A stretch of DNA of 64,000 nucleotides. It comes from a virus. Under the pieces are notes generated by a model. It was not told the origin of the DNA. It made no database searches and saw nothing but the letters and a program-made list of their open reading frames with translations. The first letter of the stretch is position 1, and each line of letters begins with the position of its first letter. Where the stretch lies: positions 1 to 64,000 of IMG/VR virus record IMGVR_UViG_3300044627_003499; one strand, given 5' to 3'. The position numbers and the translations under genes are program-made. Shown piece by piece: positions 46,701-57,402 of this stretch.

Positions 46701-46928
46701 GGCCTGCCCGTAATCCCGCTCTTCGTCGCGTTGCTTGAACTGCTGGCCTTGTTCGGCAGAGCTACGTTGTTCTTCTGCGCCCTTACCGATGGTTTCACGT
46801 TCTTGTTCACCAGCAGTCTCCATTTTTTTCTTGGAAAATTCGTAAGCCACACCAGCAGCCTGGCGGTACTTGTCTAGATCAAACCAGTCGTCAACGTCTG
46901 TTTGACCAGAGGGTACACTGCTTGTCAT
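46680..46928 (-). CDS. Hypothetical protein
   Basis: 82 aa charged ORF. Confidence 0.55.
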   Translation of the reverse strand: MTSSVPSGQTDVDDWFDLDKYRQAAGVAYEFSKKKMETAGEQERETIGKGAEEQRSSAEQGQQFKQRDEERDYGQAQRAYRY

Positions 46929-46953
46929 GGCTTAGATAGTTTACAAGAAAAAA

Positions 46954-47130
46954 TCAGAAATTGGACATCATTGAAGCCAAACCTTGAGCATAAATGTCAC
47001 GGCGGCTTTCAAGGGATTTTTGGCGCTGTTGACGACCCTTAGAACCTTCAAGCCGTTCAAGTAACTGCTCAAACTTGTTGATGTCAAAATAGTTGTCGTT
47101 AGGATCTTGACCAGTAGGAGTGGCAGACAT
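46954..47130 (-). CDS. Hypothetical protein
   Basis: MSATPTGQDPNDNYFDINKF...; N-terminus resembles that of 46680..46928 (P.GQ...D..FD..K). Confidence 0.55.
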   Translation of the reverse strand: MSATPTGQDPNDNYFDINKFEQLLERLEGSKGRQQRQKSLESRRDIYAQGLASMMSNF

Positions 47131-47186
47131 CTAAATATCTTGCGGACTAAAACGATTATAACAAGGGTAATTTAACTGGAAATAGA

Positions 47187-48080
47187 TTAGCTCCAGAAAC
47201 CAGAAACAAGGTTTGATGCCACACTGCCAAAGGAATTAATCTTGGCAACTTCTTTGGAGCCTTCATTTTTCAACTTCTGGGTTTCTTTGTCGATCTCCCC
47301 TTGAAGGTTGGTCAACCCGGCGCTGTAAAGATACTTGCGGGTGTCACGTACGTTTTGTAGGTTCTCTTCAATTTCACTGGGAGTCCCCGTGAAGCTATCA
47401 GCAAAGTTTGGCAGCTGGACCCCAGCCCTTGCTTTGGTTGCGTCTGCGTAAGTAGGAAGAAAATTTTTGTCAAATTTAAAAGTACGTTGTCCTGTTTTCT
47501 TGCCAGCAGCGTCAGTCGCCTGCTTGCCATACATTGTGTCGTAGTAGTTATCAAGATAGCTATTGTTGAACTTATCTTGATACTCAGTACTCTTTGCAAG
47601 AGAATCTCGAAGATCTTGGACGGTACTGTAGTAGCCCTGATTAAAACGTTCCAGTGCTTCTGTTTTTTCTTCTTCTTTAGCCTCTCGACCCAATACTTCT
47701 TTATACGCAGACGTAATGCCTGTGGCACGCCGACCAGGGAGGAGTTCTTTCGTATAGATATCCGTCAATCCGGCAACGTCTTGCTCCGGTGGAGAAAGAT
47801 CATATTTGGATGCATAATCACGTAATTGTGACGCTGCATCGTTGTACGAAATTAAACCCTGACGAAGTTGAGATTCAATTCCGGAACGCATTCCGGAGTA
47901 TGCAGCTGCACCAGATGATTTACGTGCCTCGGCGGCTGCTTTTTGTTCTGCTTTTTCCGTATCAGCACGCTGCTCTGCACGCGCCTCTCTTTCTTGCTGG
48001 TACTTTAAATACTCAGCAAAAGTATTGTCCCTTGGAATTTCAGGGGATTTGTATTCAACCCTAGTGCCGCCGCCACCCAT
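47187..48080 (-). CDS. Putative internal virion protein
   Basis: MGGGG start, helical charged sequence. Confidence 0.5.
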   Translation of the reverse strand: MGGGGTRVEYKSPEIPRDNTFAEYLKYQQEREARAEQRADTEKAEQKAAAEARKSSGAAAYSGMRSGIESQLRQGLISYNDAASQLRDYASKYDLSPPEQDVAGLTDIYTKELLPGRRATGITSAYKEVLGREAKEEEKTEALERFNQGYYSTVQDLRDSLAKSTEYQDKFNNSYLDNYYDTMYGKQATDAAGKKTGQRTFKFDKNFLPTYADATKARAGVQLPNFADSFTGTPSEIEENLQNVRDTRKYLYSAGLTNLQGEIDKETQKLKNEGSKEVAKINSFGSVASNLVSGFWS

Positions 48081-48090
48081 GATTTAATCC

Positions 48091-48678
48091 TCAAACGAAC
48101 GTTGTGCTCAAATTAGGTCTAGCAATGGGACCAAACATGCCAGCCATAACGGCTTCTTTTTCAGCCAGGGAACGATTTAACGCAGCCCTGTTTTCTCTTT
48201 GACTTTGCTCGCGTGCTTCAAGAGAATTTTCAAGGGCAAAACCACGGCGAGCACGATCAGATAAAGTAGCTGATTCCATTTCAGCAAGTGGGCCCCGTTC
48301 AAACTTCTTCGCAAACATCTGCCTGCCAAGTTCCAGGTCTGGCATCCAGGTGCCTTGTGCGGTGCGGCCTGCCATTTCCTGGGCAGCTTGGCCATATCCT
48401 TGTTCGCGGCCAAGCATCACCTGCCATTTGAGCTGGTCGGCCCCAAGCCTCATCTTTGCATTGGCAACTTGTGCTTGCGTATCAGCTGCTCTATTTGCGC
48501 CAAATAGAGAAGCAAGTGCGCTTCCGCCAGCCAAACCTAATGTAATCGGATCAAAAGCCATTTTTCCTCTTTTACTTACTCCTTTGCTTAAACTCCCTGT
48601 ATTTTCACCAAAAGCAACTGGGGTAAACGAATTAAAGTTTGTGTTGCTAAAAGAAGAAAGATAGTTGGGAAATTCCAT
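48091..48678 (-). CDS. Putative internal virion protein; start may be 48561
   Basis: MAFDPITLGLAGGSALASLFG typical of ejection proteins. Confidence 0.5.
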   Translation of the reverse strand: MEFPNYLSSFSNTNFNSFTPVAFGENTGSLSKGVSKRGKMAFDPITLGLAGGSALASLFGANRAADTQAQVANAKMRLGADQLKWQVMLGREQGYGQAAQEMAGRTAQGTWMPDLELGRQMFAKKFERGPLAEMESATLSDRARRGFALENSLEAREQSQRENRAALNRSLAEKEAVMAGMFGPIARPNLSTTFV

Positions 48679-48702
48679 TTCTACAGTCTACTGTCATTCA
48701 CA

Positions 48703-49128
48703 TTAGAAATAACGATTCGGACTGAAGTTAAACGAACCGCGTTGATAGTTTGTCAACTGAGGAATGTTTGCAGCACCCTGGGACATCATTTGCGCAATAT
48801 CAGCTGCACCTTGGGCTTGAATCCTGGAGGGAACAGAGTATGCGTTGATCAGCGTATTTGGTAAATCAAACAGGGCTTTGTATTTACCAGCTTCCCTCAT
48901 GCGATCTTTGTCAAGTTCATTTGCAAGAGTTAAGCGTTTGCTGATTTCTTCTGTACTGTTTAAACGTTCCACTCGCTCCAGCAATCCTCCAAACAGCTCC
49001 GAGTCTGGAGACCTTTCTGGATATAAACGCTTTAAAACAAAATCTTGCTGCTCAGGAGTTAAACCCTTAAGTTGATCAAGGTCACTTCTAAATTTTGTTA
49101 AATCAAAAGGTGATTGGGTCATGATCAA
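48703..49128 (-). CDS. Hypothetical protein
   Basis: 141 aa, coupled to the upstream gene. Confidence 0.55.
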   Translation of the reverse strand: MIMTQSPFDLTKFRSDLDQLKGLTPEQQDFVLKRLYPERSPDSELFGGLLERVERLNSTEEISKRLTLANELDKDRMREAGKYKALFDLPNTLINAYSVPSRIQAQGAADIAQMMSQGAANIPQLTNYQRGSFNFSPNRYF

Positions 49129-50141
49129 CCAGCCCTAAAGACGGAAGCAGCATAAGGATTAGAAGAAGCAAGAATATCGCGCACTGTTTGACCAGCCTGT
49201 TGCTGTGCACCGCCTGCAAGTTGTGCAGCGTACATCTGACGGTTTAATGCGCCAGTGAGTTGACCAAGTTGTTGGTTGAGCTGCATTTGGTTCTGCATGT
49301 CAACGCCGCGATACTGTTGATAAAGCGGAAGCATTTGTTCAGCAGTTTTGACGTTGCCACTACGAAGTGCTTCAGCTGCTTGAAGATCGCCCGTGGTAAG
49401 ACCGGGGATGGCACCACCAAGAATCCCAGATTGTCCTGCTTCACGTTTTGCGCCAGTTACTGCTTCAACAGCTTTGGCAGCACCACCGGCAAGAGCTTTA
49501 GTCGCGCCGCCACCAATTGTGGCACCAATGATGGAACCAACGGGTCCGCCAACAGCACCACCAAGTAAACCACCAGCAACAGTACCGGCCGCACCAAGTA
49601 CATCACCTTGTGCAAGAGCAAGGCCACCACCAATCAAGGGGCCGTATTTACCAGCGAGTGCTAATCCTGCACCACGTAAAGTTGTTCTACCGGTGTTCTG
49701 TAAAACAGACTGACCCAACTGACTTGCCCTTGCTTGATCACGCATCCCGGCAAGGTTAATACCGGGTCCGCTATTTCCGCCAGGGGGGGATGCTGAAACG
49801 CCCGCACCTGTCACAGGAGGGCGTCCACTGCCGCCACCACCAGCTGCACCCATCGGAGGAATAGAAGAGGCGCCTCCTCCCGTCCCTGGGGCTGCATTTG
49901 CTCCGGCAGTTCCAAAAGTAGATCCGGTAACTTGCGCACCGCCACCACCGCCGCCCGTAATAGGAAACCCTTGACGAGTGCTACTTGCCCCACCACCAGT
50001 AACTTGAACACCCGGCTGGGAAGCACCGCCCCCGCCAAGGTAATTCATGATTTGTTGAAGAAAGCCAGGGTCCTGTTGCATCCGACGTTGCAGGTCCCCT
50101 GGATCCATAGAAGCACCGCCGCTTCCTGTAACGTTTGCCAT
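49125..50141 (-). CDS. Gly-rich (glycine-zipper) putative ejection protein
   Basis: GAAGTVAGGLLGGAVGGPVGSIIGATIGG. Confidence 0.55.
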   Translation of the reverse strand: MANVTGSGGASMDPGDLQRRMQQDPGFLQQIMNYLGGGGASQPGVQVTGGGASSTRQGFPITGGGGGGAQVTGSTFGTAGANAAPGTGGGASSIPPMGAAGGGGSGRPPVTGAGVSASPPGGNSGPGINLAGMRDQARASQLGQSVLQNTGRTTLRGAGLALAGKYGPLIGGGLALAQGDVLGAAGTVAGGLLGGAVGGPVGSIIGATIGGGATKALAGGAAKAVEAVTGAKREAGQSGILGGAIPGLTTGDLQAAEALRSGNVKTAEQMLPLYQQYRGVDMQNQMQLNQQLGQLTGALNRQMYAAQLAGGAQQQAGQTVRDILASSNPYAASVFRAG

Positions 50142-50182
50142 TATTGGAATATTTGTTATTGCTAAATTCTATCACTGCTATT

Positions 50183-51211
50183 TCACTGAGGAGTGTAAGA
50201 AGAATACTCAGAAGTTGTAGGCAGTTGTGGTCGATTGCCTGCAGCAATTGCGGCATTGGTAAGATTGCCTGCCGCAACACCAGCCACTGAGCCACCTGCT
50301 GCTGCGGCAATGGTTCCCAATAATTTCTTAACTGGTGAAGTACCTGGTCGATTCAAAGCAATAGCCGCCTGCCGTGCAGCAAGAGTACCTGCAGTAAAGC
50401 CGCCAACCATTGGTAAGGTAACTGGAAATCCAAGCATGCGAACTTCGGGATTACCTTGTAGGTTTTCTGTGGTTCCTTTGATAATACCAAGACCAAGCAG
50501 GCCCTTATCGTTGTACAAGTAATTCATGTAGTTACCGTAACGCTGGGGAGTAAGACTTGGAATGTCTTGTTTTGCTGTTTCATATTTCAACGGATCACCA
50601 GTACGCCCTAAAAAGAAACGTTCAAACATTTCTTGAACAGGTTGTCCGGTTTGACGCCTATCCTCTGCGCCTTTTGGTGAATAAGATTGAGCGTACCCCT
50701 CAGGCCGAAACTGCTCTTCTGGATTAGTAATGTCAAATGTGCCAGCGGCTGAAATAGCTGGAGCAGCAATTGCAAGTGCAGTGGCAGCACGAATTGTGGG
50801 GGAGGGAATTACCTTTTCATTAATGCCTAAACCAACACCTGCCTGCGATACGGCAAGCGGGTGATTGTAACGCCACATGTAGGTACGTGTGCCGTCATTA
50901 GCGGCGTCCACAACGAGACGTGAGGTATAAGCACCTAAGAACTGCGCTGGTGTGCCACGGAGGGTCACACCTTCTGCTGCTAACGATTGTTTAAAACGTG
51001 GATCAAGAATACTTTGGCCGTAACCAAGTCCCGATCCAACAGAAGATGCACCGGGTTTATATGCAGCATTTGCACCTCCTGCGCTGGTACCTGGGGCACT
51101 TTTTGTGTACACACCTTTTTGGCCAGCTTGAATTACATCGGCTTTACGTGCACCAAGTTTGATGTCTTCCCAGATGCTTCCAAGTTGTTGTACAAGATTT
51201 TCTTTCTTCAT
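50183..51211 (-). CDS. Putative virion membrane-interacting protein
   Basis: 342 aa; Ala/Gly-rich hydrophobic segments. Confidence 0.5.
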   Translation of the reverse strand: MKKENLVQQLGSIWEDIKLGARKADVIQAGQKGVYTKSAPGTSAGGANAAYKPGASSVGSGLGYGQSILDPRFKQSLAAEGVTLRGTPAQFLGAYTSRLVVDAANDGTRTYMWRYNHPLAVSQAGVGLGINEKVIPSPTIRAATALAIAAPAISAAGTFDITNPEEQFRPEGYAQSYSPKGAEDRRQTGQPVQEMFERFFLGRTGDPLKYETAKQDIPSLTPQRYGNYMNYLYNDKGLLGLGIIKGTTENLQGNPEVRMLGFPVTLPMVGGFTAGTLAARQAAIALNRPGTSPVKKLLGTIAAAAGGSVAGVAAGNLTNAAIAAGNRPQLPTTSEYSSYTPQ

Positions 51212-51822
51212 TACATTGCCCCCCTGGTCAGTGCATATGGATCAATGGCGCCACGGAAAAGACTTGATTCGACGCCTTGCATTTGAAACATCGTCCCAGG
51301 TGATAATGCTTCTTGGCTTCCAGGATTCATTGCTTGGCGCTGCATTAATTGTTGTTCAGCAGTTGCCGTTTGATCCATTACAACTGGTTCTGCAGATAGC
51401 TGTTGAAGTTCCTGTTGAGATAAACCTGCAATTTGACTGGAAGCAAAAATAGGTTCCACAAGCATTGGTGCTGCAATCGATGTACCAATCATCAATGCAG
51501 ACTGAGGACCACTTGGTCGATATTCTTGATGGCTAACCTTGCTACCCGGTGGAGTAACGGTGTAGTATTTACCCGCAAGCTTGGGATTAATTTTACCAAG
51601 TTGCTTGGCCGCACCCGCACTTAACAGGGCATCGGCTGCGCCAACCGCAAGTCCTGCAACCGGATTGCCTGTAAACATTGCAGTGGATGCACCTGACCAC
51701 AAACCGCCGAGCGCAGAATGTCCCAACAATTCTTTGCCGCCACCAGCGAGACGTTGCTGGATAACAGGGGCGTTTTTAACACCTTGCAATGCAGCCCCAA
51801 TTCTTCCAGCTAGTCCCAACAT
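51211..51822 (-). CDS. Putative virion protein
   Basis: 203 aa Ala/Gly-rich. Confidence 0.5.
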   Translation of the reverse strand: MLGLAGRIGAALQGVKNAPVIQQRLAGGGKELLGHSALGGLWSGASTAMFTGNPVAGLAVGAADALLSAGAAKQLGKINPKLAGKYYTVTPPGSKVSHQEYRPSGPQSALMIGTSIAAPMLVEPIFASSQIAGLSQQELQQLSAEPVVMDQTATAEQQLMQRQAMNPGSQEALSPGTMFQMQGVESSLFRGAIDPYALTRGAM

Positions 51823-51856
51823 TTTTATACTTCTTATTTGCTTATTTTACGATCAG

Positions 51857-52510
51857 TTATTTAAGTGTTTTGCCGGGGGAGGTATTTGTTTCAACTGATT
51901 CTTCGTCGACAGTGTCCTCGCCTTCTTTTTCTTCTTCCTTGACCGGCATTGATTTCATGACGCCTTTACGATCAAGAAGTTGAGCAATTGACGGTTTATC
52001 CTTAACCTCGTTCTCCGCACGTTTTTCTGCCATTGCCATTAAGTATCCATTAGGATCCGGATTACGCATCCGTGGCATTGGATTCTTAGCGACCTTACTT
52101 GGATTTAGTGTTGGACTAAGTTTGTATGCTTCAATCCATTGAGGATTGAAGTCAGGTTGGTCCTGGGGGCGCTGCGCAGTTTTTGGTCGACCTTCTTCAA
52201 AATCGTAAGCAGTAGGACGATCAAACGTCCCTAGGCCAAACATGTCATATGCTTCGGTTACTTTGCTGTTGTCATCAAAGAATGGTGTATTACCAACAAA
52301 GTCAAGATCCGGGTTTAAGGTGATCTTACGCGTCATGGCACGACGCATTAAATCTTGTTGACCAAACCTTGATGGGTTCCAGGGATACTGGCCGGTTTCC
52401 GCTTCGGAGCGAAACAAGTCGTCAAAATCTAATCGTTTGGCAATTTCACCACGGCGATTAAATGGGTTTTGAATGTAACGACCTAGATCAAGCCTGTCAT
52501 CTTTTGCCAT
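51857..52510 (-). CDS. Hypothetical protein
   Basis: 217 aa ORF. Confidence 0.55.
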   Translation of the reverse strand: MAKDDRLDLGRYIQNPFNRRGEIAKRLDFDDLFRSEAETGQYPWNPSRFGQQDLMRRAMTRKITLNPDLDFVGNTPFFDDNSKVTEAYDMFGLGTFDRPTAYDFEEGRPKTAQRPQDQPDFNPQWIEAYKLSPTLNPSKVAKNPMPRMRNPDPNGYLMAMAEKRAENEVKDKPSIAQLLDRKGVMKSMPVKEEEKEGEDTVDEESVETNTSPGKTLK

Positions 52511-52734
52511 CAGCCTTCAGATTTCTTCTGGTCTTTTTTCTTCTTTAATCCTACCAACGTTTGGCGAAGCCGTGCTTGCTTCACCGTTTTTTCGTCGTAC
52601 TTATCCGGATTGGAAAGAACATTCTCCTGGAGCTGGGCAGAAGTAATGCCTTTCTTTTTGGCTTTAGCTGTAAAGGCGCCTTCTTTGATGTCAGCGCCTT
52701 GGATCCACTTTTTGTTTTTCTTTTTTTCAGCCAT
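52510..52734 (-). CDS. Small basic conserved phage protein
   Basis: KKWIQ.A.IKEGAFTAKAKKKG...KQARL..TL. Confidence 0.6.
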   Translation of the reverse strand: MAEKKKNKKWIQGADIKEGAFTAKAKKKGITSAQLQENVLSNPDKYDEKTVKQARLRQTLVGLKKKKDQKKSEG

Positions 52735-52766
52735 TGTTTTAAGAGATTGTTTTAACTTTACCGAAA

Positions 52767-55700
52767 TTATCCTTGGTAAGTGCGAATTGGTCCACCGCGC
52801 CTATACGCAGATCGCATAAGGTCATTCCTCCAATCTTCAGCACCAGGATCAATGCCATACGGTGGGATGTTGGTAACTTTACCACCACGGAAGCCTTCTG
52901 CTGTAACAAGTTTATCCATCCGTGGATAAGCAATGTTTTGTCCTTGAGTAGTAGTTTGAATAACCGGCTGTAAACCAGCGCCCATTACTACTTGTTCTGT
53001 CCAACCGCCAATACGAGACAAACCTGGGGACTGCGTTAATGGACCAATTGGGGCAGGCTCTAATCCAGTCACAAAAAATTCTTGTGGCTCATTGCTGTAA
53101 TAACGAGCTTTCTCGCCACGGCGAGTTAAATTCAAACTTTCAGAAGGGGCTCCAATGTCACGGCGGACACCAGGGGTAACACTTGTTGTTGGTTGAACAA
53201 CCACGGTGCCGCCGGGCATATCACCAATGAACGGGCTTAAAGGAGTTAACGCACTACGCCCCGGTTGATATTGCGCATAAAGGGTACGTTTGCTGGGATC
53301 TTGACCAGGGAGGCCGAGCGTTGACTTAAGACGTAACGGAGACCTGCGCGATACTTGGGCTGATTCACCAGGATCAGGTAAAAGTTCTAATTGCCTTAAT
53401 GGCGTTCTTGTTGGAGTTACAAACCTTTCCGGAGATGCAATAACTTTTGCTTGAAGACCGCCCGTCAAAGCGTCTGCCAAGAAAGCCTGGGCATTTGCTT
53501 CGACTTGAGTTGAAATTGCACGGTTTGCTCGAGTACCTGCAACGTTGTAAACAGTACCCAAGACATCGGGATTGTCTTGAGTTAAATAACGACCTGTTGG
53601 CGTTTTAATGGCGCCAGTAATGCGTGGTTGACGAATGACGCTATTTGCTTTGCTTTTGCCTGTAAAAATTACAGGGCCAGCAGCTTCGGCGGCAGCTCCT
53701 GTATAAACATCAGCAGCTCCCAGGATTGGGCCAAGGTCTTCGTCAGTGGTATACCCAGTTCTAAGTTGAGTGACACTCGGAAGCACGGGGAGTGGCTCAG
53801 AAGGATCAACAATCATTCCGCGCCTTAACGTTTCCATTGAACGAGCTACGTCTTGTGCAGGTCCAGAGGGAACCGTTGGGCGCAGATTACGAGCTTGCTG
53901 CAATACCTCTTGCGAGGCAGCAACAGCAGCCCTGGAGCGATCCAAAGCATCTAACTGTAAAGACGTAGGTTCTGCTCTTTTGGATGCCCTAGTACGCAAA
54001 ACTTCAGACGCCATTCTGGCAAGTTCTTCATCAAATGCACTACCAAAAGTTTTTTCAGGATCAACAGATTGAACAGGCAAGTTTAATTGTTGAGTTGCGC
54101 CATATTTTGTATATTTAGATGTTACAAGATTTTTTAGATATTGATTCATTGAGGCCTGCTGGCCCATTGTAATCAATTCCGTTAGGTCTTCATCGGAAGC
54201 TCTATTAAGTTCATTTAAAAGTTGTGCTTTTATTTTATATTCCGTACCTTGTTTTAACCTGGTTTTTAACCCTGTATCGGCAGAAACAAACTCACCAGCC
54301 GCATCTTGATAAACAACATCGCCAGTAACACCAGGTTTACCACCACGCAAAGCTTTGCCGCGCATGGTGGTTTCAATTGGAACAGCGCCACCTGTCAATA
54401 AAGAATCAATGTCTTCACCTAAATTTGTAGTTGGCGCATCGCGTAATTCAGCGCGTTGGCGAGCATTGTCAACAAGTTGTAATTGATCGTTTAATTCTTC
54501 TCTGTAAGTTTTGTTAAATTCTGCGGCAAATTGTTCGGGTGACAATTGCTCGCGTGGCAGTTGATTTTCATTCCTGATGTCAGCAAGAATTTGTTCGGCT
54601 TGCGCTTGAAGAGTTCTTGCTTTTTCTACACGATCTTGAACTTGTGCTGCTTGAATTTTATTCTCCGCAGAGTAATCAAAATCTGTATCAATTTCTTTTG
54701 CACGTAAATATTGACGCGCTTGTTGTGCCAGGGGATCACCAATTTCTTCTTGGCTTAAAGCCCTGGGGGAAATACGAAAAGATTGTTTGTTTTGAAGATC
54801 AAGTACGTTTAATCCCCAATCTTCTGCCTGATCAACAGGAAGACCATCTGGAAGTTGTGCAGCAACTCGATTAATTGGAGCATCTGCTTCATATCCAATC
54901 ATTTCAGATGGAGTTGCATTTTGAATCATGGCTTGACGGTCAGCTTCTGCCATGTCCTCCAGAAGGTCAACCCTGGACAGGTCAACATCCTCATTACGTT
55001 GAAGTTGTTGTTTTACTCGCCCTGTTTGTTGATCTTCTGCAGAGTAAACGGCATTAACTGATTGATCGGAAATTACCGCAGCAGTTGATTGTTGTTTTTC
55101 AACTTGCGTGGGAACATATCCAGATTGTTCCAGGCGTTCTTGTAGGAAGTTTTTAGGTGTAGCACGGAGTGGCTCTAAAACTTTTTCTTCTGCTGTATCA
55201 CGAATTAAGTTACGGTACTCAGCTTGAGCTTTTGCCTGCATACTGCGGGCTTCTGACAGCTCTTCTGCTTTTTGTTGACGAACAAGCGACAATAACTCTG
55301 GATCTTGTGACAAACGCTCTGCTGCATTGACACCAGTAATTTCACGTTGTGCAGAAGTGATGTCTGCAAAAGAACCTGGTTGACGACTGTAGTAAGTAGA
55401 CGGTAATTCAGTTGCTTGACCTTGTAAACGTGACAAATCAGTCACAATCGGTCCGGTGACTGGGCGTACGGGTGTGGCACTGACGGGTACAGCGCTTAAT
55501 GACGGGGAAGGAGCACCGGTTTGTGCAACTAATGAGGCAAGGTCGGTCTGAATTACCCCGGGCATCCGCTCAGCACGGGCTTCACGGGTGATTTGCTCCA
55601 TGCGACGCACTCGGTCGGCAGTGGAGCCAGGGGATGGTGGTGTTTGTGACCTTGTTACCTTTGGGTTCTCCGGCATTTGAGTTGCAGCCGCACGCCGCAC

Positions 55701-55901
55701 CGCCTCATAGTTGGGTGCGCCAGGGCGTTTAGCTTCACGCGGAGGGGCCTGCTGGGCCATACGACCCCTTAAGTAGCGTGTTCCAGCAATACCGCCGGCT
55801 ACAGCACCTGCTGCAAGGGCGGCTTTACCCAAAAAGTCAAGCAATCCACCTTCTTCTTGCTGCTGAGGTTGTTGATAGTACGCGTATTGCTCAGGAGTCA
55901 T
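52767..55901 (-). CDS. Large low-complexity putative virion protein
   Basis: 1044 aa, Pro/Gln/Ala-rich, N-terminal hydrophobic AALAAGAVAGG. Confidence 0.55.
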   Translation of the reverse strand: MTPEQYAYYQQPQQQEEGGLLDFLGKAALAAGAVAGGIAGTRYLRGRMAQQAPPREAKRPGAPNYEAVRRAAATQMPENPKVTRSQTPPSPGSTADRVRRMEQITREARAERMPGVIQTDLASLVAQTGAPSPSLSAVPVSATPVRPVTGPIVTDLSRLQGQATELPSTYYSRQPGSFADITSAQREITGVNAAERLSQDPELLSLVRQQKAEELSEARSMQAKAQAEYRNLIRDTAEEKVLEPLRATPKNFLQERLEQSGYVPTQVEKQQSTAAVISDQSVNAVYSAEDQQTGRVKQQLQRNEDVDLSRVDLLEDMAEADRQAMIQNATPSEMIGYEADAPINRVAAQLPDGLPVDQAEDWGLNVLDLQNKQSFRISPRALSQEEIGDPLAQQARQYLRAKEIDTDFDYSAENKIQAAQVQDRVEKARTLQAQAEQILADIRNENQLPREQLSPEQFAAEFNKTYREELNDQLQLVDNARQRAELRDAPTTNLGEDIDSLLTGGAVPIETTMRGKALRGGKPGVTGDVVYQDAAGEFVSADTGLKTRLKQGTEYKIKAQLLNELNRASDEDLTELITMGQQASMNQYLKNLVTSKYTKYGATQQLNLPVQSVDPEKTFGSAFDEELARMASEVLRTRASKRAEPTSLQLDALDRSRAAVAASQEVLQQARNLRPTVPSGPAQDVARSMETLRRGMIVDPSEPLPVLPSVTQLRTGYTTDEDLGPILGAADVYTGAAAEAAGPVIFTGKSKANSVIRQPRITGAIKTPTGRYLTQDNPDVLGTVYNVAGTRANRAISTQVEANAQAFLADALTGGLQAKVIASPERFVTPTRTPLRQLELLPDPGESAQVSRRSPLRLKSTLGLPGQDPSKRTLYAQYQPGRSALTPLSPFIGDMPGGTVVVQPTTSVTPGVRRDIGAPSESLNLTRRGEKARYYSNEPQEFFVTGLEPAPIGPLTQSPGLSRIGGWTEQVVMGAGLQPVIQTTTQGQNIAYPRMDKLVTAEGFRGGKVTNIPPYGIDPGAEDWRNDLMRSAYRRGGPIRTYQG

Positions 55902-56008
55902 GTAATTAAAGGTTTATTGCCTGATTATTTGATATGTCAACATTCTATTGTTGACAAATCTAGAAAACATGGGCGCTATAGTGAAACAATAACGTATTTG
56001 ATTCCAGG

Positions 56009-56222
56009 GATGGACGCCGGTACACGCCAAAAACGGGTCGAAGCTCTTGAAGCAATTAAAGATAGGGCTCTTGGGATGGCTGAAAAGAATACTGATCCGT
56101 TTGAAGTGCGTGATTTTGTGACTTCAGCCAAAAAAGAACTGGCATATGAGTTGCCAGACGAAGAAGCATTCAAAAAAGCAATGAACGCAACCCTCGCGTA
56201 CAAGCGTAAAAAGGAATCTTAG
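56009..56222 (+). CDS. Hypothetical protein
   Basis: MDAGTRQKRVEALEAIK...; followed by a terminator. Confidence 0.55.
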
Positions 56223-56246
56223 AAATATAAGGACTTTTAAATATCG

Positions 56247-56273
56247 GCCGGGGTAAATGACCCCGGCTTTTTT
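56247..56273 (+). terminator. Intrinsic terminator
   Basis: GCCGGGGT-AAATG-ACCCCGGC followed by TTTTTT. Confidence 0.8.
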
Positions 56274-56739
56274 GTCTAAAAATTTGGGATAAACCTTGTT
56301 TTACATGACACAATCGCACTTTTACTTAAAAGAGGGGCCGTATAGACCCCAAAAAGGGACTAGATTTTCCTGACGCTTCTCCACCCACCCACCCGAATGC
56401 GATCACGGGGAGAAAAAAAAGAATGGCGGCGGTGGCAGTGAGAGTAGGAGGGGGTGCGGTGGCACCAATAATCCCCTAACTACGTTATAACGATAGTGTT
56501 ATACCCGCTCACTTCGTTCGCTAGTGCGACGAGCGGGCAAATATATACTGTCGTCCCTATCAAGCCTCAACCAACAGTAAGAACTAAGACATTCAGCTGA
56601 TATAATCCCGTATCGCGCTGCGATATGCTTAGCTACACTCTCCTCCTGTTTTCAGGAAGAACTGTTGTCAATACTGGGTTTTCGGGGGTTGCGCATCCGT
56701 ACAACGCAGACATTCCATTGCAAACTTGAGGTCAACTCA

Positions 56740-57045
56740 ATGCTAACCAAAGAGATTCGCCGCGTCCGCTTGTCGGGTCGCGAATATCACGGCGTCACTT
56801 GCAACAAGCTTGCAGAGAAAGCCGCACAAGAAGCAAGGGCTAAAGGATGGCAGACCTGGACAATGTACAACCAATCAGACGTTTTGGACTGGGCTACCAC
56901 GGTGGCACAGAAACCTGGAACCAACTGGTACATCATCGGTCAATGGATCGAGGATGACGAAGTTGTATACAAGGTCCAAGGCAAACGGCAGGACGTACTG
57001 AAACAGTGGCTCTGCTACACCAACGCCCTTGAACCAAACTACTGA
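56740..57045 (+). CDS. Early-region hypothetical protein
   Basis: MLTKEIRR... after a CAACTCA leader; stop lies inside tRNA-like repeat 1. Confidence 0.55.
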   Translation: MLTKEIRRVRLSGREYHGVTCNKLAEKAAQEARAKGWQTWTMYNQSDVLDWATTVAQKPGTNWYIIGQWIEDDEVVYKVQGKRQDVLKQWLCYTNALEPNY

Positions 57046-57119
57046 TCCGTACAAGCGGGTCCAGGGGTGCAAACCCCCTGGTAGTTATTGCCACACACTG
57101 AGTGTGGCTTCAGAGGACC

Positions 57120-57320
57120 ATGGGACTTCGCTCTTCACTCGGCAAAGCTGTAAGCGCTGGTTGGACTGTGTTCAACCATGAGATGGCTGCAGGTTTGGCC
57201 GAACATCAGATCAATGCTGCTGCTGCTGCTGTTCAACGCAGAAACAAGCATATTGACAGCTTGATCACTGGTGACTACGGACGCTCAACTTCGAGCGGTC
57301 GAAAGATCACCTTTAGCTAA
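57120..57320 (+). CDS. Early-region hypothetical protein
   Basis: GAGG SD then MGLRSS; lies between repeats 1 and 2. Confidence 0.55.
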   Translation: MGLRSSLGKAVSAGWTVFNHEMAAGLAEHQINAAAAAVQRRNKHIDSLITGDYGRSTSSGRKITFS

Positions 57321-57402
57321 CCCTGGTGGGTCAAGGGAGGTTCGATTCCTCCCTTAGTTATTGCCTCCAGCGGAGATAGGCACCGCACAACAGGAGATTC
57401 CT

